A stretch of 47,466 nt of DNA, from positions 1 to 47,466 of the forward strand of contig JALMLS010000136.1 in NCBI GenBank assembly GCA_038496445.1, read 5' to 3'. Under the pieces are notes generated by a model. It was given only the letters and a program-made list of their open reading frames with translations, did no database searches and had not been told where the DNA came from. The stretch is from Trichosphaerium sp. ATCC 40318 (lineage: Eukaryota > Protista > Tubulinea). Each line of letters begins with the position of its first letter. Position 1 is the first letter of the stretch. Below, piece after piece: positions 23,142 through 32,498 of this stretch. A program made the translations under genes and the position numbers.

Positions 23142-25159
23142 GAGCAAATGCCAATGCTAAAGATAAATATGGACAAACAGCTTTACACAAAGCAGGTATT
23201 ATGATGTTCTTAATACAATGTATGCTCTAACACTTTCCAGCATTTTGTGGACGCCTCGAGGCTGTTATATTATTGCTCAAGGCAAATGCAGAAATAAGAG
23301 CTACAGACAAAGACGGCGAGACACCTTTACAAGTTGCTGGTACTGTTGTACATATAATGTATGTTCTATCTAACATGCTCCAGCTTTTTGTGGACACAAA
23401 GATATTGTCAATTTATTGATTGATAAAGATGCAAATGTCAATGCTACAGATAAGTATGGACAAACAGCTTTACACAAAGCAGGTACGGGATGAAAACATA
23501 AAATGTATGGTCTAACACATTCCAGCATGCCGTGGACACAATGATATTGTTGACTTATTGCTCAAGGCAGGTGCAAATGTAAATGGTACAGACAACGACG
23601 GAGAAACAGCCTTGTACAAAGCAGGTACTTAATGCGTTGTAAATAGAGTGCATGTTCTCACACTTCGCAGCATGCCGTGTACACTACGATACTGTCAAAT
23701 TATTGATCGATGCAGATGCAAATGTCAATGCTACAGATGCACAAACAGCTTTAGACGTTGCTGGTACTGTGATGTTAAAAAATGATGTTCTAACACCTTC
23801 CAGCATGCCGTGGAGACCATGATACCGTTAAGTTATTGATCAATGCACAAGTGAATATCAATGTTACAAACAAAGAAGGACACACAGCTTTATACCAATC
23901 AGGCACACGCACTGTAACAGTATATGTTCTAATACTTTACAGCGTTTTATGGGCACAATTACAGTGTTAAATTATTGATCAAAGCGAAAGCAGATATCAA
24001 TGCTACAGATATAGATGAAGAAACAGCTTTACATGCTGCAGGTAGTAAATTGTAAATATACAATTTTTTACACTTTCCAGCATGCTGTGGACACGTTGAT
24101 ACTGCAAACTTATTGATTGCATCAAAAGCAAATATCGATGCTACCAATATACATGGACAAACTCCTTTACACAAAGCAGGTACTGTTGTAAAATATACAA
24201 TGTATGTTCTCACATTTTCCAGTATGCCAAGGACAACGATATTGTCAGATTATTGATCACAGCAAAAGCAAATATGAATGTTAAAGATAAAGATGGAGAG
24301 ACAGCTTTACACAAAGCAGGCATGTGATGTAAATATACAACATATGTTCTAACACTTTCCAGTATGCCGTGGACACTATGATACTGTTAAATTATTGATC
24401 TATGCAGATACAAATATTAATGCCACAAATAAGCATGGACAGCTTTGTACCAATCGGGTAATCTGTGTTGTAACAATGAACATACTACAACTTTCCAGCA
24501 TTTTGTGGGTACAAACGTATTATTACATTATTGATAGGAGCGAATGCAAATGTCAATGCTGTGGACAAAGGTGGACAAACAGCTCTACATGCTGCAGGTA
24601 GTAAATTGTAAAGTATGCAATGCTAACACGTTTCAGCATATAATGGACACGATGCTACTGCAAACTTACTGATCAATGCAAATGCAAATATCAATGCTAT
24701 TAATAAACGTGAACAAACAGCTTTACATTTAACAGGTACCTGATGTAAATATACAAAGCAGTTTATAACACTTTCCAGCATACTGTGGACACTACATTGT
24801 CGTTAAATTATTGATAAATGCGGATGCAAATGTCAATGCTAAAGATATAAATGGACAAACAGCTTTACACAAAGCAGGTACTGTGATATAAATATAAAAT
24901 GTTCTCACATGTTCCAGCATGCCGTGGACACAACAGTTCTGTTAAATTATTGCTCAAGGCAGATGCAAATGTCAATATTGCAGATAAAGATGGACAAACA
25001 GCTTTACATGTTTCTGGTATAAACATCAGTTGGAGTTACAAAATATCTTATACTTGTTAGTTGACTGTGATGACAGTAGAGTAGCGGAGCAGTTAATTAA
25101 ACATGGCGCAAATGTTGAAGCACTAGACAATAAAGGATGGACACCTTTATTTTATGCAG
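23142..25159 (+). repeat. Tandem ~140-bp exon+intron units, one ankyrin repeat per exon (14 full units plus a half unit)
   Basis: Exons 23241-23339, 23384-23482, 23526-23624, 23671-23763, 23804-23902, 23943-24041, 24081-24179, 24223-24319, 24363-24457, 24499-24597, 24637-24735, 24779-24877, 24918-25016 and 25061-25159, separated by homologous 39-46-nt introns. Confidence 0.92.
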
Positions 25160-27899
25160 GTTCTACTACATTACCAACACAAAGACTCTAACTATTAGTA
25201 GCACAATATAAATATTCTAAAGTGTTTCTCATCTTATCAAAAGCAAGTGATGTTTTTTCTCGGACCATGAGAGGACAGAAGTTTGATTTTAAATTTGTAT
25301 TGAAAAAGGTGGTTGATAATGATCCTGCGTACACCAAAGTGTTTGAAACTCTTTTGACACACTTTCCAACCAATGGGCACACTCGTTCACTATGGGTTTC
25401 ATGTGCACATATAAAGAGTGAGGAATATGTAAGGCTAGGTATTATATTTGCTGATGAATGGAGATGCAAGCTTGCAAAATGGTTGCAATACTTGGTACAG
25501 CTTTAATTCAAAAAGTGTTGACTGATCATACACCAAGCCAACACGCTCTTATTTTAAGCTTGCAATGCAAAAAGGTATTTGCGCTCTAATCTGTACTTAC
25601 AATCGCATATTTGTACAATCCTCGGTACCAACACATTTTGCATTCAAACAGTTTTAATTTCCTTGTTAGAGCTTTTGGGTTGAGCAAGGAGGACTAATGG
25701 AAGGTATTTTGTATGATTTACCAGATGATATGTGGAGTAAAAAAACAAGCCAAGTTCGGACCATTTATCAAATGTGTGAAGAAGAAGGCTGGTGTATAAA
25801 CTCCATTCAACCAGATTTTAAACATTGTATGTGACGATAGTATAAAATTGCTGCTAACTGTTGCATAGCATTTAGGGAGTTTTATACATGCAACTATTGT
25901 GCTCAGCACCAATATACAGGAAATGTTGTATGTCAATATATAACATTTTTGTTTAACCTGTGGGTAGAAGCTTATTGCTGATCACCTCAAATGTAAGCGT
26001 GGTAAATATGCTATTCAGCCTATCACCCCAAATAGAGTATTATGTGATACTACAGCTGGTACAATCAATTGTCTCTGACAACCATTTAAGTTTCACAACA
26101 GGACTAAAAAGTAAGACATCATGGAACTTAAATCCACGATTGGAGTATGCGTGCGGTTGGGATAGATCAAACAACAAGTGAGTTGTTCATCTTTTAACCT
26201 AACATTGTTTAATATTTTACAGAGGTTTTAATGAAAAAGCAACCCATTATAGAACATTGGACCTATTTGATGAGACTGACACTGTAGCCAAACGAGAACT
26301 AAAGTTTCTTCATGAACAGATGTCAAAAATGCATGGATATGATCAAGTCACTGTTAAATCAGCATATCTTGTTTGCAATGATGTCTTGCTTCAGAACTTT
26401 GGGATGTACAACACAATACTTAAACATAGGCACCAGTACGTACACAGTATACATGCACATGTTTTAGGAAATATTGATTGTTACCTAGAGAACTACCAAA
26501 TTTATTTTGTAAGAATGATTGGAGGCGTGATGCCAATCAACGTACAAGTGTTTTTGATAAGTTTTTATCTTTGATACCCAGATCAACCAATAGCACAAAG
26601 GTACTACTATAGTAACAATAATAACTTGTGACTAATTGTTCAGTTACCTGTTGTGTTAATGGCACATGGAACACGTGCTGAAGCAGCATATAGTATTGTA
26701 AAAGCTGGATTTGGAACTGTAAGTGCATTGGATGCTGGATATTATGGACAAGGAATCTATTTTACAGTACTACTTAATCATCACTTTGTTCTTGTTCTAA
26801 TATGTTATTATAGAGTAGTCTTACATATGCTTGTTCTTATGATAGCACTAAAGGCGAAAAAACACTGATTTTGAGTTTAGTTACACCTGGCAATGTGTAT
26901 CCTGTACACACACATGGGTTCTATGTTTATTTACAATATTGGTAGGTAATTGAAAAACCTAGTGATGTTATCAACTTTAAGGGTAAGCCTATTAAACCTG
27001 GGTACCAAAGTCATTATGCAGTGGTAAACAAGAAGGGAGAAGCTTTAAGCGACAATATTGATAAATGCAAATGTGACGAGTTGGTTGTGGCTCAAGGTAA
27101 ATAGTATCATGTGATGTCAGTGTATTGTTTTTACTGTTAATTTAGATGTACAAGCTGTGGCGCGATATATCATTACTGTTGTAAAGAAGCCAAGAAAACG
27201 GGTGACTCAAAAAAAAAGTAAGGCTACAAAAAAGAAATCAAACAAGCCAACGAAGACCAAGAGCATCAAACCAGTTGGAAGTGATAACATAGAAAACAAA
27301 GAGATTTTGAAATCAGAAGATGATAGCGAGTCAGATGAGTTGTCTGATGAAGATTCATTTATCACTAAACGGTAAGGCAATAACACTAAAATATCTTACT
27401 TATTTACTGTGAAGAAAATTATGGGCAGCTGCAAATCCAAATCAACCTGATCAACCATGCACACAAGACCAGCGTGTAATATCACTAAAAAAAGAAGTCA
27501 CAAGGCTCAAACAAGAAAATAAAACCGTCCTTGACTGCAATGCCAAGCTGGAGGAAGACAAGGCACTATTGGAAGAAGAAAATGCCAAACTACTTGCCCA
27601 AATTGCAAGTCTCAAGAGCAATGTGAGCTCATAACTGTTTTCTACATAATAAAAATTCAATTAGCTTCTATGTTGTTTAATAAGCGTTTATGTTTAGAAT
27701 TTCTTCAGCACTTAGGCTGCGCTATGATTAAACATGCAGTATTAATAACTATTAAGCGTTTATGTGTAGAATTAAGGCACATGGTTTTTGATTAACTACG
27801 CAATCTTTTGTTTGTATCAAATATTCAATGTTGAAGTATTCCTTGAACAGTAACTAGATCAATTGTAAATTAGTTTCTTCATGCTGTCTAGTAAGAGTG

Positions 27900-28790
27900 T
27901 CATTGTTTTGGAACAAAGATAACTGCCAAATCCTCGTTCTCTCCATAGTACATTATACCAAATAACACATATATTTCAATGTCAGCAGATATCCATTTAG
28001 ATGCTAGTTCTGGGTATTTGCTTAGAGCTTTCATAGTATCATTAAAACACTCTCCAATACAACTTAAACATTCTTCATTTTCTTCATAATGATCACGTAC
28101 ATCATCAATTCGAAATAAGTTAGCTGCACTATAGTAGTACCCAGAACCTCCCCCACAAATAGGCAGAGCTACCAGCGGACATCTCAAATAGTAACATTTA
28201 GGACAGTATACTCTGAGGTCCGGTTTGTACACGCACATACAATCCTTTGTGGGCTTTCTACAAACATCACATGTTTTGGGGCGAGAATCTACAAATTCAA
28301 ACTCGTGGTTTGGTTCAGGCAAAGAATAGTCGATATCGCTAAGGTTGTCAAGGTCTTCTAATGCAGTTTCGTAATGTTCATGTTTTGCCCAACGGATAAC
28401 GTGAGATACAGCCAAGTCCCACAATGACTCTTTCGGTCCTTCATCATTTAAAACTGAAAAAAATAAAACATCTTCTTGTAACACGTGCGTTATTATCCTT
28501 TCTTTAAGTTCTTCTGTGTCTTCGTCGTGAATTACTTCAAGTACAGAGATATCCTTTAAAAGGCGTGTTTTACCACATGCCATACCAGAAATGATGTTGC
28601 GAAAGTGCTTGTTCGTTTATTTGAGCTGTACATGCCCTTTACACCTGTATAAAGCAGAATTTTGATTATCTCACCTAAAATGTCGGCAACAAGAAGAGCT
28701 TGTGGTGTTTGATGTTTTTTATCGCTTGTCGATTGTTTTTCTGCTCGTAGTTGTTTATTTAGACTCATACTTGTAAATGACATGCCAATC
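27900..28790 (-). CDS. Hypothetical protein with an F-box-like N-terminus and a Cys-rich (zinc-finger-like) segment, split over two overlapping frames
   Basis: ORF 28556-28840 has LLVADILGEIIKIL; ORF 27900-28583 has CDVC..CMC..YCPKC..C. The frames switch near 28560-28583. Confidence 0.5.
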
Positions 28791-28959
28791 GAAGTGATAT
28801 TGACAACTACACGTATGTAACGGTCAAATAAATTAATCACGTGATATAAACCAAACTCGCCTTTCTTACTCCAACAATAAGCACATATTTTAGTTTTGCT
28901 TTCTTAAGTCTTTGAGTGTAAAACAAAGCAATTGATAAGAGGTTGCAAAGAACACATTA

Positions 28960-29198
28960 ACGATACAAAGCTATTAGATAGCCCAACAGAGATACTTGCT
29001 CATTTACTTGAGTTTGTGGAGAGTTGTGAACGATTTTCGGTTTATGAAAGCTGTCATTCACCATCATGTTGGATACATTACTCGGTAATGTCATCATTTG
29101 GTTGTCATCTTCTTCCAGGCAAATACTTAAAAACAGAAAAAATTCTCGCTTATGAAGACGAGCTTAGCTTTATTCATGTCGGTAAGCCATTTGCCTAA
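28960..29198 (+). pseudogene. F-box gene fragment
   Basis: LLDSPTEILAHLLEFV..RFSVYESCH closely parallels LDLPTEILAHIL..RFAVAQTCH of the 13596 gene; no LRR follows. Confidence 0.5.
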
Positions 29199-29279
29199 TA
29201 CAGTCTTCCATTAGGTGTGCATGGTACTCTACAAGTCACACGTGGAATGTCAGACCAATTTCCTTTCCATTGCAAGGAG

Positions 29280-29960
29280 TTAGCGTTCGCAACAGTATCT
29301 CACTTTCATATCTGGACAAGTCTCAGAATTATCTCTACGCCTGCATTGTAACCCGCCTGCCAATGTACTTTGGGATCTTAAAAAATCTGTGTATGCTCTC
29401 CAATCTTTTCCTGAAGAAACAAGTACACATTGAACATTTGTAGCTTTGTGACCATCAGTACCTTTCAATATCAGTACAATGAGTTATGTCTAAACGTAAA
29501 AATAAGTCTTCGGAAGATCTACAAAAATTGTAAGTGCTCACTGATATTAGCACCGCCTACTGTCTCAGGTGCTTGAACTAAATGTTGAATGATATGAATT
29601 CTCTGAGATGTTCTGAATACTTCTCCATTGTTGTAGAGAGCAAATATATCACTTTGATCTCTTGAGTTATAAGGAATGAACTTACACAGTCTACCGTTGT
29701 TAATGCGTTTATGGTTATTTGGTGTCTCATACTCGCCATTCCCAGTAGGGTGTCTGCATGGATCCTGTTTTAAACCTTTAAAATACTGAAAGCGCAGTTC
29801 TAACCTTGTTGTGTACAACTATACACATTTGGTTTCTCGAACAAACATGATGTACAACAACGCTTTGATTATTGGTATTTTATGTTGCATTTCCGTTCAG
29901 CATCTTATACTCTCACAACGTATGATACTTGCAGGACCATATTCCTCCAATAACCTTTTT
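29280..29960 (-). CDS. Small protein or fragment with a mucin WxxW/CysD-like domain
   Basis: Spliced QDPCRHPTGNGEYETPNNHKRINNGRLC|TDGHKATNVQCVLVSSGKDW..GLQCRRRDNSETCPDMKVRYCCER* matches the CysD pattern (P.G.G.YE..C..C..GL.C..C.D..VR.CC). The 5' end is uncertain. Confidence 0.55.
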
Positions 29961-30600
29961 TTAGGTTATCCTACTTCTTTACGATGTCATGTGGCACATT
30001 ATTGGCATTGATAGATTCAAATTAAAACCTCTCACACTTTTTTGATGTAAACTTCCAATGTCAATGATCTCTTTTATGCTTTGTACTTCGAAATTCTAGC
30101 TTGGATACATTGTTAAACGTGTCTATCTCCTTGAGCATGAAACAAGCTAAATAGCAAGATAGTTGGGCAGTGAGTCACTCCTCTCTACATGGTCTTCTCG
30201 TTGTGTATGTCCTTGGGTAAGAGCAACTCCAAGTACCTTAGCTGACGGAAGTCATTCTGCTGGCTTAGAGCCGTCTAAAATAAAATGAGGCCGTTAAACA
30301 AAGAATGAGCTCAAATGGTAACAAAATGGGTATCAATCGTGTCCAACATATTGTCCGTATCGTGCGTTTGCACAACTCTGCAACTTTTGCTGTTTGTGAC
30401 TGTTGGTCTTTCAAGATCTGTTAAAAACTACAAGATCTGACGATCTTGTCAGTTCCGGAAAAAACTAAATCCACGTCTACACTGTATACGTATTTTTACG
30501 ACCACGTGTTTTTGACTATTGTACTTTATTTGGTACATTAGCTTTTGACAAGTTCTGTTGACGTCTCTGATAACCTCTAAGGTCCAACAGTTGTCTCATA

Positions 30601-31472
30601 TCCCGTGAAGGGACACACTTTTTCTGGTGAAGGGACACACACTTAATGACACCATATTTTCATGTATATTTACTTAAACATGCCATAAAGTTAGCCACAA
30701 ATATACCATCTATACTACTATATGTGTGAATATCAAGGGGTAATCAAAGTGGTTGGGTTGCAAGCTAGAGCGTTTTTTTGCAAAGTTAAAATTTTCGACG
30801 TGTCAACTTTGCATGCACACTGTGGACCATCTAAAAAATAACTCTTTCCCTTCACACTATATGTGATTTACAAGACCTTTATACCCGTCTATAAACATTA
30901 AAGAACTAAAAAAATTATTAATCATCTGTTTGCGAGGATGTTTCAAAATGGTAAAAAAGCCACTTTTGTGTTCATTTTTTCGGGCCTGCTTAACTGTGTA
31001 AAAGTGTAAATCCAATACCAGTTTCTTAACATGTGTTAGTACTATATGCTCTTGTTTAAATATTGAAATAACTGTAGGAGTAAGGGAGGAATTTGAGTGT
31101 CAAAATCACTTTTAGGCCTCTAAAATAATTGTAAAATGCTGCTGTGTATATTAATAGAACTCTTTGTTTAGTTTTTACATGTACAACTAAAACCTTTTAG
31201 CACGTATGGCAATAATAGATTTTGAAAAATATGAGTAAACTGCCTTTGAACTATAAAAGTAATTTTGTGTTAAAAAGTAAAAATTGGCTTTTTTGACAAT
31301 GCTCTGCCGCACCACCCAATCAATTGTATAAACTTTTGGTTTGTAAATAGATAGTATTGCATATTGGTGACAAAATGGTATGATATTATGCTGTTTAGCT
31401 TGAAGAGATGGAAAAATATAGGTAAAAAAAAATTGTGTACTTTCACCAAAAACAGTGTGTCCGCCCATGGGA
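30601..31472. mobile_element. Non-autonomous TIR DNA transposon (MITE), TA-flanked (Tc1/mariner-like)
   Basis: Left end TA|TCCCGTGAAGGGACACACTTTTTCTGGTGAA; right end, reverse-complemented, TCCCATGGGCGGACACACTGTTTTTGGTGAA followed by TA (25/31 identical). Non-coding AT-rich interior; absent from duplication copy 1. Confidence 0.75.
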
Positions 31473-31515
31473 TATAGTCTAAAACGGATTATTACGCTAA
31501 TACCGTACGCTCAGC

Positions 31516-31651
31516 ATACTTGGGAAGCGCTTGGAATTTTCTTTGAGATTTTTAACGTGCTCACGTTTTCTACGTTATACCGTACATGCAGCGCAAGATA
31601 CTTTGGAAGCGCTTGGAATTTTCTTTTGAGGTTTTTACGTTATCTCACGTT
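31516..31651 (+). repeat. Imperfect ~55-bp direct repeat (2 copies)
   Basis: atactt(g/t)ggaagcgcttggaattttcttt..gag..ttt.acgt..ctcacgtt at ~31516 and ~31598. Confidence 0.7.
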
Positions 31652-31841
31652 AAATACTCCTCTTTACGCCTGATTATGTGCCAGCATTCGCGTGGTGTTT
31701 GTAAGTTAACATGTAAAAAGCAATTGTTTTTCAATAAATAAAATTCAGTTGTCTACAAAGAGTTGCGAAAACAATATCTGTGCAACCTCATGTAAAAAAT
31801 TACGTGGTGAAGCAATGTAAAGTCTGATGCTACATTTTATT

Positions 31842-32140
31842 ACAAATCACGTGATAAAAAACACACACGTGCGTTTTACAACTACATCCACAATAGGCGA
31901 GTGTATCTGAAAATACTGTATTCATGGTCTGTGTAAGGTACACATACAGTTCGAAGCGGTTTACAAACGTTTGAAAACTTGTTCGAAAAAACCAAAACTT
32001 GTTCGAAAAAAACCAAGACTCGTTCGAAAAAAGATGACCTTTAAAAAAACACTGTAACTACCGACGCAGTACGTCATCTCAAAATTACGTACCAATTTGC
32101 TAAAACAAACGTTGTAGAGCGATCACGTGATAAAAAAGCC
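31842..32140 (+). promoter_or_regulatory. Putative promoter cassette of ANK-PARP copy 2
   Basis: ATCACGTGATA with CACGTG at 31848 and 32124, flanking GTTCGAA at 31949, 31981, 32001 and 32022 (variant GTTTGAA at 31969). Confidence 0.5.
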
Positions 32141-32498
32141 AAAAAGGCACGTAAAAAGCTGTCGTATACGTTGTCATGTTGAGCGCTAACGGAACATGAA
32201 CAAATGCGCTTGAAAAAAACCACAACATCATTTTCGATCAAAGAAATGTATTTAGCCTACCTCCGTCATATAGCGGAGGACCCAGACTCATACAACTTAA
32301 ACTGCCCATCTAAAACTTTGGCAGCGAGCACCACACAACAAATAACAATATTTTTACGCATTGTCTTTTCTTTTTCTTCTTGACTAGACTTAATCTCCAA
32401 ACTCCTTGTGGCATCTAGGAACAGATTAAATGTACTTCCAACAGTAGTTTGCTGTGTGAAGCATGTTGCCAATGTTTCAAGAAGCAAGTTTAAGTTGT

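Larger units (their letters stand above)
18334..27634 (+). pseudogene. Ankyrin-repeat / PARP-like ADP-ribosyltransferase / coiled-coil gene, copy 1 (disrupted)
   Basis: ATG AGT CGG GAG|gt at 18334. Exon 2 has a 17-nt deletion relative to copy 2. The LINE is inserted in exon 3. There are 14 ankyrin exons in 23241-25159, two of them frameshifted (97 and 95 nt). PARP motifs AHGT..GYYGQGIYFT..DELVV; coiled-coil tail ending at 27634. Confidence 0.85.
17040..27870 (+). repeat. Segmental duplication copy 1 (paralogous to ~30087-36785)
   Basis: Shared blocks: 17041 cttcgaaatt..gatacattgttaaac = 30087; 17781 aattgtttttcaataaataaaattcag = 31722; the whole ANK-PARP gene; 27810 gtttgtatcaa..gaagtattcctt = 36730. 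Confidence 0.9.

Noticed and set aside
23142-25159. Regular ~140-bp repeats with variable spacers resembling a CRISPR array
   Set aside because: The units are ankyrin-coding exons with GT/GC-AG introns. There are no cas genes and the context is eukaryotic.
18674-25159. Reverse transcriptase next to hypervariable repeats as a diversity-generating retroelement
   Set aside because: The RT is a LINE ORF2 with an APE endonuclease, poly(A) and TSD. I see no TR/VR pair with adenine-specific differences, and the paralogous array is equally variable without the element.
28550-28570. Programmed -1 frameshift at TTTAAAG
   Set aside because: The heptamer is in the wrong phase to move from the upstream ORF into the downstream ORF.
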